47,925 nt of DNA from Cyanophora paradoxa CCMP329. Lineage: Eukaryota > Plantae > Glaucophyta. The stretch lies in the NCBI GenBank assembly GCA_004431415.1, contig QPMI01000105.1, positions 1-47,925 of the forward strand, written 5' to 3'. Numbering within the stretch: position 1 is the stretch's first letter; each line of letters opens with the position of its first letter. The notes below the pieces were generated by a model. It searched no databases. It was not told where the DNA came from and saw only the letters and a list, made by a program, of their open reading frames with translations. Both the position numbers and the translations under genes were made by a program. This document shows, piece by piece, positions 1-11,643 of the stretch.

Positions 1-2940
1 AGCATCAGTTTTGAGAATGAAAGACTTAGAGAAATCAGGAAGCGAAAGAATGGGAGCAGAACAAAGCAACTCTTTTAAATTTCGAAAAGCCAGATCCTCT
101 CGAGCAGTCCAATGAAAATGTGAACTCTTGGCGCAAAGATCATAGAGTGGCGCCGCAAGAACTGCATATAAAGGTACAAAGATTCTATAATATCCAGTCA
201 TGCCAAGAAAAGTCCTAACTTCTGATACAGATTTGGGGGTCGCAAACTTGCGAACAGCCTCCACCTTTGTGGCAGAGGGCTTGATGCCCTGTCTAGTAAC
301 TACAAATCCAAGATACTCCAATTCAGCCTTGAAGAATTTCGATTTCTTGGGCTTAAAGAAGATGTTTGCCCGTCTCATAGCATCAAACACCCACTGAAGA
401 TCAGCAAGGTGTTGCTTCAAGGATTTCGAAAATACACAGATATCATCCAAATATACCAAAATGAATACATATAAATAAGTGCCAAGAACGCTGTTCATCA
501 TCATCTGAAAAGTGGCAGGGGCCGTCTTCAGGCCTTGGGGCATAACATTCCACTCAAAAAGTCCAAGGGGAGAACGGAAAGCAGTCTTCTCCTTGTCCTC
601 CTCCTCCATTTCAACACCCCAGTAGCCATCAGGGGCATCCATGCCAGTAATATAAATAGCTCCAGTCAAAGCTTCAAGAGCATCATCAATTCTAGGCAAA
701 GGATAGGCGTCGTCCGCAGTAACTGAATTCAATTTGCGGTAATCAATACAAAATCGAAGAGATCCATCCTTCTTGCGCACAAGGACCACAGGAGCGGCCC
801 AAGGTGAGCGAGAGGGACGAATAAGATTGCGAGAAAGCAACTTTTTGGTCTCATCGATAATTAATTCTCGTTCAGTCTGTGAGTGCCTCCGAGGGGGTTC
901 CGCGATGGGGCGGGCGTCCCCAGTCTTGATCGAGTGCTTGATCGGGGGATGAGGCGCACTTGGGTCGTACGGAGGAAGCGCAGCCTTGGCCAAGTCCCAG
1001 TTCTGTGCAAGGAAGTCAGCCATGACAGCACGCTCCGCAGGCGTATCATCCCGACTGCCAATGTCGACGGCTCGGAGAGCATCAATAATGTCGGCGCCAT
1101 ACCGTTGCCGCAACTCATCGAAAATAACAGTCGAAGCTTGATCGATCGGAACAGCGTTCAAATGCGAAAAACTACCTAACTTCTCCTCATATGGATATGA
1201 ACACTCGGGAAGACCTACTCTATCAGAAACATTTTTAAAAGCATTCTCGGACCCCGGTAAACATTTTGGAGGCGCGATTTCCACAGAAGAATTGCCAACA
1301 ATTTTGGCATCGGCAGAGTTGACTTGCAATGAGTCTGCGCAAGTGTACTGAGCAGAGTATGTTGGTACCGAAGGTGTCGAGGCCTCGCCAGGCCGGTCGA
1401 CCTTCACATGCTTGCCTTTCCCATCTTGATCATAACTCAAATTGAGAGCCAAGTCAAATACTTCAGCTTCGAGATTTTTTCCAGGGACAAATCGTGCGAT
1501 TGCACGGCCCTTCTTCAAAACAACTGGTCGTTCTGAAAAACGATTGCTCAAATTCGAAACTTAAGCATATACTTTGCCTCCACGACACGCAGCAAGCCCG
1601 TTTGCCACACGGACTTCCTGATTGTCGTCCCATTTGTAGAAGTTGACAAGAAAACCTTCACAATCCGGCAAATAGCGGTTGCCTCCGACTTGCAGTTCAA
1701 CCTTCCGTTGCACACCAGGTTCAATTTTAACTTCCCTTGCGACCTCCAGAATATGACCATGTTCCTTGGACACTCTGCGAGTGCTGGAGTCGTCCGAGGG
1801 GTCAGATTCCGGTGTCTCCGGCGACAGAGAACTCGGCTGCGTAGAGGTGCCAGGTAAGAAAGAGATTCCATCAGTTCGGATATATTTAAGAGAAGTGGTA
1901 GAACCATCATCCCCTCCGGAACCGATATTATGCGAAAGAATATCACACTTAACTGGCTTGTCTGGGTGCTTGGCGAGGACCACAAATCGGTTGTCAGCGT
2001 CCTTATTGCAATAGGTGACTGCATTATCAGAAAAGAAATCTTGGCCTAAAATGCCATCGAATGCGTATCCCGGGAAATCAACCACAAGAAAAGGAAAACT
2101 CCGGGTGAGGGGCCCAATAGTAGCAGCCACATGAACCTCACCAGGAACAGCCACCAATGCAGAATTCGGGAGCTTGACAGAAGGAGTGTGAATAGTTCTA
2201 AACACCTTATTTTGAAGTCCAAGAGAAGAGATTGTAGAAGAAAGAATGAAAGAGACATCTGCCCCACTGTCAAGAAGGAATTTGTGATGTTTGCCCTGAA
2301 TGACAACGTCCAGAGTTGACCTCCCCGGAGCTGAGGTCATGAAGCGACGCGGCCCTGCGAATGCAGGCTCAGCAGGAGGGCTCTGGGAGTCCAGAGAACA
2401 AATTTCAATTGAGGCTCGGCCATTATCATCAAAAGACAACTTCAGGGAAACCGGCTTCGAATTGTTTGTAGATGATATAAAATGCTTTTTAGCAGGGGTA
2501 TCTCGTTTCCATCGCAGCTCATCAGAAAAGAAATTCGAAAATGACTTCTGTTCCAATTTTCCACGATCTCCACTAACTACCACTACTCTACTAGCACTTT
2601 TTGAATCATCCAAAACATTTTCAATTCCACGCGAATGCGCTTGACCATAACCAGGACGAATGTCTGGGCGAATTTCCACTGAAGCAACCTCATGGATAAT
2701 GGGATAATTCTCTTGAAGGGTAACATCGGGACCAGAAGAAGAAATAGGAGCAGAAGATTGAGAAGCATCCAAGGAAGGGAAAGGGAAAGCGCGAGCGACC
2801 GACAGCGACTGCCGCTTCAAGAACTCATTGAGAGTAATCAAAGGCAGCAACGATCGCAGTCCATTCGCTGCGCCGAAAATGGCTGGTTTCTTGGCCGCCC
2901 CAGCCTGGCGGGCAACAACAGGCTGGGTTAGGCTTTTCCC
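1..2940 (-). pseudogene. pol: pol of element A (protease, dUTPase-like spacer, RT, start of RNase H) with one in-frame TAA at 1561-1563
   Basis: LLDSGAD and ILGQDF protease motifs. Manual translation past the TAA stays open to base 1: SPWAAPVVLVRKKDGSLRFCIDYRKLN, MPQGLKTAPATFQ, YLDD, FILKTDA. Confidence 0.93.
2899..2940 (-). promoter_or_regulatory. -1 programmed ribosomal frameshift signal (gag-pol)
   Basis: G GGA AAA heptamer in gag phase (2940-2934), 6-nt spacer containing the gag TAA, then a 9-bp stem CCCAGCCTG/CAGGCTGGG. pol is in the -1 frame and open from the heptamer. Confidence 0.85.
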
Positions 2941-4187
2941 GCCGGGCGGGGCTGCGAACCGCCCCGACCCTTAGGGTCAGCCGACGACCCACGGCGCTCA
3001 GCAGAGCGACCGCGATAACCACCAGAAGAATTTCCAAAATTGCGAGAATCATTTCCAGAATTACCAAATTTGTCATTCGAACGATTGCGATCAAAATTAT
3101 AAGATCCACGAGGCTGGTCACGCCAGCTATCACCGCGAGGGCGATACTGCAACTGGCGAGACAACTGATCCATGCGATCCAAAATAATCGAAGAAGTGCG
3201 ACGAGAGTCATCGCGCAACTCATCAAACTGCTGGCGAGCTTCGTGCCGAATCTCGCTTAATTGGCGACGAGTTTCGTCACGAAGTGAATCGAGCTTATCA
3301 TCCACCTTCAAAGAGAACTGTTTGAGCTTCGATTCAACTCGCTCATCAATCAGAGACTCAATACGCTCCGAAGTGAGAGCGTTCAATCCAGAAACATTTT
3401 TCGGCGATCCAAAAGGAAGAGAAGCAATTCCAAAAGGAGAAACCGAAGAAAAAGAGGAAGTGCGATCTGTCCAGAGACTGCGCAGCCGACGCAAAAAGCG
3501 AAGTTTGTTGTCGTCCAATTCAGCAGGCAGTTCACCCAACTTCAGATCATCACTCCAAATTTGTTTCACCACAACCTTCTCGAGAATGCCAGCTTCCTCC
3601 GCTCGCTTCATCTTCTCCACAGCGAAGTCCTCAAAATTGACTTGAGTACCAGCCTGGAGACAAGCATTCTGGTATGTGTAGGACCAGAAATTGCGAGCAG
3701 AGTCCGTCTGGACATCCGAATGCATAAAGTGATCCTCGAACTTCTTGAGAAAAGTAGTCCAATTGTCACATTCAAGGACCACTTGAGAAAAGTCATGGGC
3801 CCCCGCTGCCTCATTGAAGACAGACTGGAGTTTCAACTGCACATGGGGCCAAGCATAGTCGAAATCAGCCTTTGCCTGAGCCGTCCATGTGGAGTAAGGA
3901 GTGGTGTCCACAGTGGGAAGGACATAGATCGCCTTCAGCACATCGCGAACATTTTTAAGGAATCTAGAAGGAGCAGAGTACTCAAACTTGGGAAGAAGAA
4001 GATTGCGCAGGAGCGGCTTACTCAAGTCCACCCTAGGCTGGGCAGCCATGATGTCCTCCTGGTCAATGTCCACAGAGACGTTGTCCTCGTCGGCCAGCCT
4101 TCCTGCTTGTGCGGAGAGCAGGATAGCTTTATTAATACAGTCGTTAACTAAGGACCTAGCGAAGGGCCCAAGCCTACGACGGTACAC
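2928..4187 (-). CDS. gag: gag of element A (first in-frame ATG at 4049; no CCHC knuckle, R/G/S/N-rich tail)
   Basis: 419-codon ORF between the LTR and pol, with a coiled-coil-like segment and a basic low-complexity C-terminus. Confidence 0.85.
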   Translation of the reverse strand: MYRRRLGPFARSLVNDCINKAILLSAQAGRLADEDNVSVDIDQEDIMAAQPRVDLSKPLLRNLLLPKFEYSAPSRFLKNVRDVLKAIYVLPTVDTTPYSTWTAQAKADFDYAWPHVQLKLQSVFNEAAGAHDFSQVVLECDNWTTFLKKFEDHFMHSDVQTDSARNFWSYTYQNACLQAGTQVNFEDFAVEKMKRAEEAGILEKVVVKQIWSDDLKLGELPAELDDNKLRFLRRLRSLWTDRTSSFSSVSPFGIASLPFGSPKNVSGLNALTSERIESLIDERVESKLKQFSLKVDDKLDSLRDETRRQLSEIRHEARQQFDELRDDSRRTSSIILDRMDQLSRQLQYRPRGDSWRDQPRGSYNFDRNRSNDKFGNSGNDSRNFGNSSGGYRGRSAERRGSSADPKGRGGSQPRPAGKA

Positions 4188-4617
4188 AGCACGAATAGTG
4201 TTGCTTGACGAGGCCAGTGTTCAAGAAAACATTTCAGATCGTTCCAAAAGAAAGAAAGAGAGATTTAGAGAGATTCCAAAAGGAAAGAAAAGAGACAACT
4301 CCGGAAACTCGCGGGATTCCACGGAAAACGGAGGTATCACAAGCAAACGACCTCGGCCAGCCGGCCAAGAGCGCACACAGCTTCGAAAATGAGATCCATG
4401 AGTGAATCGCGATGCAACAAGCTTATGTTCTCCGCAAAATGGCGGAATCGACAATGAAAGGTCGCAGTGCGCAAATCGCTGCAGAACGCACTGGAAGCGT
4501 ATACGCAATCAGAAGAACGATGCGCAGACGCTATGAGACCGCTGTGTCGAAAACTTTGCGTCGAACATTCCACCGCTGCCACGAAATGCAATGGCTTCCG
4601 GCGGCAGCCCCGCTGAA

Positions 4618-4814
4618 AAGAAGCTGTTACAAGCTATACGATGGGTTCTCAGCCACTTCCGCACACGGCGCAGTGCCGTGCCGGGACGCACGCGCGCACA
4701 CGCGTAATATCCGCGTATGATTGAATGACATACCCCTACACGAGGACGGGGTAGCACTAACGTACATGCTACATTCGCTACGGCGAAAGGGAAGGGGAAC
4801 TACGCATCGCGAAA
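4618..4814 (-). repeat. 5' LTR of element A (minimum extent; 3' boundary unresolved)
   Basis: Starts TTTCGCGATGCGTAG versus TGTCGCGAAGCGTAG at 42693. Colinear with that copy except for an 86-bp indel. Confidence 0.85.
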
Positions 4815-5187
4815 GAATCATCTTCCCACGCGGACCCAAACTTTTCAAATAAGCTGAAGGTCAAGAATTTGTCTACCAAGGACTGGTCTTCTCGTTCAAG
4901 AATGGTATAAGGAAGACGCCATAGATCATTCTTGTCCATGGTTACATTTATCTCGTTTGATCTCCCGTTTGACAAGACTTGAATCAGAAGAGTGTGCGCA
5001 AATATGTCAACATTGAATCCCTCTTTCTCTAGAGCGCCGATTATATTTTTTTTGATAGATTCTGCAGTATATTTCAGTGATCTGTGCACGAGGCCGAACA
5101 TACATATTGCCACTCGCACAGACTTCGAATCCGAGCAGACGTCTGATTTATACATTTCGACAGCATTGTGACGACAGCATTTCTTCC
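4815..5187 (-). pseudogene. N-terminal half of an uncharacterised, possibly glycosyltransferase-like gene, cut by LTR A
   Basis: RVAICMFGLVHRSLKYTAESIKKNI...DIFAHT...GSAWEDDS. The frame runs into the LTR start exactly at 4814. Function is inferred only from recalled motif pattern. Confidence 0.7.
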
Positions 5188-5333
5188 ACTGAGTGACTTG
5201 CTGGTGGGTGGGTTCATCTGCCTAAGGATAGCACCTTGCATGTTCCCCCAAAGAGATTTGGAGTGCCTCTTTCTTCTATTTTGTGTCAGATTGGAAACCT
5301 GGGGTTGACTGAGTGACTTGCCGGTCGGTAGAC
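5188..5333 (-). repeat. S2 satellite fragment
   Basis: Reverse complement of the 124-bp monomer. Confidence 0.9.
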
Positions 5334-5539
5334 AACCACCACTGCCGCACATTCAGCTTCAGTAGCCGGCATATTCTTTTCCGAATTCTTCCATTTCCTG
5401 CTGTAGAAATAAACTGGCTTGAGTATTCCATCATGCTCTTGTGACAATATTCCACCAATGCCTTTATCACAAGCATCAGTTTCTAAAACGAAAGCTTTAT
5501 TAAAATCTGGATAATGCAACATCGTTGCTGCTTATAAAT
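5334..5539 (-). pseudogene. Gypsy RNase H fragment (relative of family C)
   Basis: PDFNKAFVLETDACDKGIGGILSQ...YSRKW...TEAECAA, similar to 26190-26345. Confidence 0.85.
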
Positions 5540-8280
5540 CACAAAAACATTCCAGGGGGAACATGCACAAGGCGCTAGCCTTAGGCTGGTGCACCCTGCC
5601 GAGCAGAGCCCCTGTAAGACGCTCTGCCCTTCCAAGTGGGAGCCCCCCCAGTGTTTGGGGACTTGAATGTTTCCTGCGTTCACTCCCTCTTAGCCCTGGT
5701 CAGTTTGAATTCCCATCGGGCCCACAAAACCAAGGTCAGGTGCACACAAAACCTTTCTAGGGGGAACATGCACAAGGCGCTAGCCTAAGGCTGGTGCACC
5801 CTGCCCAGCAGAGGCCCTGTACGAGGCTCTGTTCTTCCATGTGGGATCCCCGCCAAGTATTTGGGAGGGTAGGCAGGTGCACCCTGCCCAGCAGAGGCCT
5901 GGTACGAGGCTCTGCCCTTCCAAGTGGGTTCCCCCCAGTGTTTGGGGATTTGAATGTTTCCTGGGTTCACTCCCTCTTAGCCCTGGTCACTTTGAATTCC
6001 CGTCTGGCCCACAAAAGCAAGGTCAGGTGCACACAAAACCTTTCCAGGGGGAACATGCACAAGGTGCTAGCCTTAGGCAGGTGCACCCTGCCCAGCAGAG
6101 CCCCTGTAAGACGCTCTGCCCTTCCAAGTGGGAGCCCCCCCAGTGTTTGGGGACTTGAATGTTTCTTGGGTTCACTCCCTCTTAGCGCTGGTCAGTTTGA
6201 ATTCCCGTCGGGCCCACAAAAGCAAGGTCAGGTGCTCACAAAAACATTCCAGGGGGAACATGCACAAGGCGCTAGCCTTAGGCAGGTGCACCCTGCCCAG
6301 CAGAGCCCCTGTAAGACGCTCTGCCCTTCCAAGTGGGAGCCCCCCCAGTGTTTGGGGACTTGACTGTTTCCTGGGTTCACTCCCTCTTAGCCCTGGTCGG
6401 TTTGAATTCCCGTTGGGCCCACAAAAGCAAGGTCAGGTGCACACAAAACCTTTCCAGGGGGACCATGCACAAGGCGCTAGCCTTAGGCTGGTGCACCCTG
6501 CCCAGCAGAGCCCCTGTAAGACGCTCTGCCCTTCCAAGTGGGAGCCCCCCCAGTGTTTGGGGACTTGAATGTTTCCTGCGTTCACTCCCTCTTAGCCCTG
6601 GTCAGTTTGAATTCCCATCGGGCCCACAAAACCAAGGTCAGGTGCACACAAAACCTTTCTAGGGGGAACATGCACAAGGCGCTAGCCTAAGGCTGGTGCA
6701 CCCTGCCCAGCAGAGGCCCTGTACGAGGCTCTGTTCTTCCATGTGGGATCCCCGCCAAGTATTTGGGAGGGTAGGCAGGTGCACCCTGCCCAGCAGAGGC
6801 CTGGTACGAGGCTCTGCCCTTCCAAGTGGGTTCCCCCCAGTGTTTGGGGATTTGAATGTTTCCTGGGTTCACTCCCTCTTAGCCCTGGTCACTTTGAATT
6901 CCCGTCTGGCCCACAAAAGCAAGGTCAGGTGCACACAAAACCTTTCCAGGGGGAACATGCACAAGGTGCTAGCCTTAGGCAGGTGCACCCTGCCCAGCAG
7001 AGCCCCTGTAAGACGCTCTGCCCTTCCAAGTGGGAGCCCCCCCAGTGTTTGGGGACTTGAATGTTTCTTGGGTTCACTCCCTCTTAGCGCTGGTCAGTTT
7101 GAATTCCCGTCGGGCCCACAAAAGCAAGGTCAGGTGCTCACAAAAACATTCCAGGGGGAACATGCACAAGGCGCTAGCCTTAGGCTGGTGCACCCTGCCC
7201 AGCAGAGGCCCTGTACGAGGCTCTGCCCTTTCAAGTGGGATCCCTGCCAAGTGTTTGGGGACTTGACTGTTTCCTGGGTTCACTCCCTCTTAGGGCTGGT
7301 CAGTTTGAATTCCCGTTTGGCCCACAAAAGCAAGGTCAGGTGCACACAAAACCTTTCCAGGGGGACCATGCACAAGGCGCTAGCCTTAGGCTGGTGCACC
7401 CTGCCCAGCAGAGGCCCTGTACGAGGCTCTGCCCTTTCAAGTGGGATCCCTGCCAAGTGTTTGGGGACTTGACTGTTTCCTGGGTTCACTCCCTCTTAGG
7501 GCTGGTCAGTTTGAATTCCCGTTTGGCCCACAAAAGCAAGGTCAGGTGCACACAAAACCTTTCCAGGGGGAACATGCACAAGGCACTAGCCCTGTGAGAG
7601 GCTCTGCCCTTCCAAGTGGGATCCCCTCCAGTGTTTGGGGACTTGAATGTTTTCCTGGCTTCACTCCCTCTTAGGGCTGGTCAGTTTGAATTCCCGTCGG
7701 GCCCACAATAGCGAGGTCAGGTGCACACAAAACCTTTCCAGGGGGAACATATACAAGGCGCTAGCCTTAGGCAGGTGTACCCTGCCCATCAGAGGCCCTG
7801 TACAAGGCTCTGCCCTTCCAAGTGGGAGCTCCCCCAGTGTTTGGGGACTTCAATGTTTCCTGGGTTCACTCCCTCTTAGCCCTGGTCATTTTGCATTCCC
7901 GTTGGGCCCACAAAAGCAAGGTCAGGTGCACACAAAACCTTTCTAGGGGGAACATGCACAACGGGGTAGTTTTAGGCAGGTGCACCCTGCCCAGCAGAGC
8001 ACCTGTAGGAGGCTCTGCCCTTCCAAGTGGGATCCCTGCCGAGTGTTTGGGGACTTGAATGTTTCCTGGGTTCACTCCCTCTAAGCCCTGGTCAGTTTGA
8101 ATTCTTGTCGGGCCCACAATAGCGAGGTCAGGTGCACACAAAACCTTTCCTGGGGGAACATGCACAAGGCGCTAGCCTTGTGCATGTTCCCCCTGCCCAG
8201 CAGAGGCCCTTTAAGAGGCTCTGCCCTTCCAAGTGGGACCCCCACCGAGTGTTTGGGGACTTGAATGTTTCCTGGGTTCA
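5540..8280 (+). repeat. S1 satellite array (~205-206 bp monomer, ~13 copies) with a 902-bp higher-order duplication
   Basis: Recurring monomer at 205/206 spacing. Identical ORF starts at 5785/6687, 5794/6696 and 5841/6743. Confidence 0.97.
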
Positions 8281-9797
8281 GCTCCGAACGTAATCATAGA
8301 CATCGCGACGCAAGTTCTTCCAATAGTAACGAGATGAGACAAGATCGATCAACTTGGTCACTCCAGGATGTCCGAAATTGTCATGAAGAGCCCGAAGGAC
8401 CTGTTGAGTCATGGAGTACGGAACAACGACTTGAAAAGAATCAGCTCCAGTTCGTTGGCGACAAAGAACATCGCACTTCAGTACGAATTTCCCACTCTTG
8501 AGTGTTCGCTCCACTGACTTGTCCACGCCCTCAGGCAGGACAAGCACATCATCTTCAAGATACCTGATGATGGTGTTGAGCAACGGATCCTCAAGTTGAG
8601 CAGCTCTAATATCAGAAGCAGAAAGAGATAAGTCAAGCTCAACTGCATTCACAAGAATAGGGATGGGAATGATAGGAGAAATGAGAGACAACTCCTCAAT
8701 CTTGGCAACAACTCGCTTCACAAGTCTTGAAAGTGCATCGGCATCAGCATTCAGGGTACCAGACTTGTGCGAAATTTCATAATTGTACTCCTGCATTCCA
8801 AGAATGCAGCGGGCAATCCGAGCATTTGGGAACTCCTTATTCGACTTCATATACTGGAGAGCACTGTGATCCGACTTGATGAAGAACTTGGGGCCTTTCA
8901 GATAATGTGAGAACTTTTTAGTCACAGCCCAGTAAACAGCATGTAACTCCTGCTCAGTAACTGTCCACTTCTGTTGCTCATCTGATAATGGTTCAGCAGC
9001 ATATGCAATAACAACCTCCTTGTTCCACTTGCACTCAGCTGGGGTGAGTGTCTTAGAAGCAAATGAAATGACTCGCTCCTGACCATTGTCATCCAGCTGC
9101 GACAAGACAGCACCAATGCCAGTTTTCGAAGCATCTGTTTTGAGGATAAAAGGCTTCTTGAAATCTGGAAATGCCAGAAGAGGAGAGGAACATAACAACT
9201 CCTTAAGCTTCCCGAAAGCAAAGTCTTGTGATTCTCCCCATACAAACAAATTCTTGGATTTCAGCAAATCATATAATGGAGAAGCAATGATTGCACATGA
9301 AGGTATGAAGACCCTGTAGTAATTGACAAGACCTAGGAAAGACCTGACTTCTGATACAGATGTTGGAGTCTTGAAATTCTTCACAGCCTGAACTTTGCTG
9401 TCACAAGGCTTGATTCCTTCTCGGCACACAACAAATCCAAGGTACTCAGCTTCAGCCTTGAAGAACCAACACTTGCGTGCTTTTAACCACAGGTGAGCAG
9501 CAATCAGCTGATCAAAAACCCATTCAAGATGTTCGAAATGTTCTGTCAGACTCCTAGAAAAGACACAATATCATCAAGATACACAAGAATAAAGATATAG
9601 AGGTACGCTCCTAACACTCCATTCATCAACATCTGAAATGTCGCAGGGGCTGTTTTGAGGCCCTGCGGCATGACATTCCACTCATACAAACCAGTTGGTG
9701 TCCTAAAAGCTGTCTTCAACCGATCCTTTTCACTCATCTTGACATTCCAATATTTATCATCACAATCTGCAACAGAAATATATATGGATCCAGAAAG
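8281..9797 (-). pseudogene. pol: Gypsy pol fragment, family D (RT-RNase H-start of integrase), frameshifted near 9560
   Basis: MPQGLKTAPATFQ, YLDD, LKTDASKTGIGAVL, NADADALSR, LHDNFGHPG. Truncated by satellite at both ends. Confidence 0.92.
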
Positions 9798-10131
9798 AGC
9801 AGGGTGCACCTGCCTAAGGCTATCCCCTTGTGCATGTTCCCCCTGGAAAGTTTTTGTGTGCATATTCCCCTAGAGAGATTTGAGGCGGATCTTTCTTTCA
9901 TTTTCTGGCAGATCAGAAACCTGGGGCCTTTGACTGAGTGACTTGCTGGTGGGTGGGTCATCTGCCTAAGGCTAGCGCCTTGTGCGTATTCCCCCAGAGA
10001 GATATAGGGGTGCTTTTTTTCTATTTTCTGGCAGAATGGAAACCTGGGGCCTTCGAGAGAGTGACTAGCTGATGGGTGGGTCATCTGCCTAAGGCTAGCG
10101 CCTTGTGCTCTTTCCCCCTGAGAGATTTGGG
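9798..10131 (-). repeat. S1-to-S2 satellite block
   Basis: Partial S1 monomer then ~2 S2 monomers, reverse orientation. Confidence 0.9.
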
Positions 10132-10315
10132 GATGCCTGGGGGTGCCCTTCTCGGGATGGCGGTAGGGCTGCAGCTCTGCGGAGCCAAAGCCAAAGGCTA
10201 GCACCCTGTGCATTTTTGTCTGAAAGTTTTTTCCCACCAACAACTTTTCAGGGGGCCAGACAGGGTCCAACCCCCTGTTTTTCAAAAACCGGCGAAAGAC
10301 TGTTTTTCGGTGAAA

Positions 10316-11527
10316 ATGGATTCTTTTGGGTTTTTTTCAAAACAGCCTCATTTTCCGTCGAAGATGCTCGTCGGACGTCCCAACCTGGGATCTTTCGAGC
10401 GCTTCCAGCAGTATCTGCATTCGATTTGGGATTCAAGGATTTTGACGAACCAAGGCCCTCTTCTACAAGAATTCGAAAAGAAGCTCTGTGATTTTTTAAA
10501 TGTGAAGCATTGTATTTGCGTTTGTAATGCCACCGTTGGCCTGGAATTGGCACTAGAAGCCTGCGATGTTAAAGGCGAGGTCATAGTCCCCGCCTATACA
10601 TTTATTGCCAGTGTCCACGCAATCCACGCTCGCAAACTGAACGTGAAGTTTTGTGACGTTGATCCCGTGACACACGTTATAGATGTGGAAAGAGTTCGAG
10701 AATTATTGAATCCAGCAACTTCAGCTGTTCTTGGAGTCCATTTGTGGGGAACAGCGTGCGATGTTGATGGGCTTCAAGAGCTCGCGAGAGAGCATAATCT
10801 GAAATTGATTTTTGATGGTGCGCATGCGTTCGGATGTTCAACGAAAGGTAAACCTCTGGGGAGTTTTGGTGATTGCGAAGTCTTCTCTTTTCACGCAACG
10901 AAATTTTTGAATTCATTTGAAGGTGGTGCCATCACAACAAACTCCGATGAACTAGCCAGAAAACTGAAACTGCTGCGCAATTTTGGATTTGTTGGCACCG
11001 ATCAAGTCATATCTTGGGGAACAAACGCGAAAATGACAGAGATTTGCGCTGCAATGGGTCTTACATCGCTTGACGGTATTCAAGATTTTATAACCATGAA
11101 CAAGAACAATTATCTTCTTTACAAAAAGCACTTGGCTGATGTTCCTGGGATCCGTCTTTATGATTACCCGTTGGACACGCCGCATAATTATCAGTACATT
11201 GTCCTTGAGGTCTCAAAAGAAGAGTTTGGAATCAACAGGGATCAGCTCGTCCAGCTTCTCGAATCTGAAAATGTTTTCGCAAGGCGATACTTCTTCCCCC
11301 CATGTCACCAAATGGAACCTTTTGCAAGCCAAGGATTCGACAAAGTACACTTACCCTCCACTGAAATTCTCAGCCAGAAAACTCTATGTCTCCCTAATGG
11401 CACGTCTGTGACACAAGGAGATGTAGACGAGATATGTTCAATTATTAAGCTTGCACACAAACAATCGCAAAGCCTTGTGTCTGTGATTCCTTCAAAATGT
11501 TTTTACCCGATGAACAAACTTGTTTGA
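10316..11527 (+). CDS. DegT/DnrJ/EryC1/StrS PLP-dependent sugar aminotransferase (DesI/VioA-like NDP-4-keto-6-deoxyhexose aminotransferase)
   Basis: VGRPNLG, EVIVPAYTFIAS, DGAHAFG, FSFHATK (PLP lysine), EGGA, NAKMTEICAAMGLTSL, RRYF. Intact and intronless. ATG 10316 is preferred over GTG 10208, which lies in a decayed satellite core. Confidence 0.93.
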   Translation: MDSFGFFSKQPHFPSKMLVGRPNLGSFERFQQYLHSIWDSRILTNQGPLLQEFEKKLCDFLNVKHCICVCNATVGLELALEACDVKGEVIVPAYTFIASVHAIHARKLNVKFCDVDPVTHVIDVERVRELLNPATSAVLGVHLWGTACDVDGLQELAREHNLKLIFDGAHAFGCSTKGKPLGSFGDCEVFSFHATKFLNSFEGGAITTNSDELARKLKLLRNFGFVGTDQVISWGTNAKMTEICAAMGLTSLDGIQDFITMNKNNYLLYKKHLADVPGIRLYDYPLDTPHNYQYIVLEVSKEEFGINRDQLVQLLESENVFARRYFFPPCHQMEPFASQGFDKVHLPSTEILSQKTLCLPNGTSVTQGDVDEICSIIKLAHKQSQSLVSVIPSKCFYPMNKLV

Positions 11528-11643
11528 TACAATTTAGGAAAGTGCTAACGAAGCTCATCAAGGAGGTGCTTGAAGGGCAACTGTGTGTGCCGGGAGCATT
11601 CATCAAGACACTGAACATTCGTATACATTCAAAAACATCCAAC

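Larger units (their letters stand above)
1..4814 (-). mobile_element. Ty3/Gypsy LTR retrotransposon, family A (5' LTR-gag-pol), running off the left window edge
   Basis: Order is LTR, gag, protease, RT, RNase H. The LTR segment 4618-4814 matches the sequence following the integrase and PPT at 42693-42976. Confidence 0.95.

Noticed and set aside
1561-1563. Programmed readthrough at the TAA in pol A
   Set aside because: Mid-domain single stop without a recognisable readthrough context; a point mutation is simpler.
5540-8280. CRISPR array or integron attC array
   Set aside because: Sequence between cores is itself repeated; there are no unique spacers and no cas or integron integrase genes.
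11528-11643. LINE RT-like peptide KVLTKLIKEVL..GAFIK
   Set aside because: Too short and weak to support.
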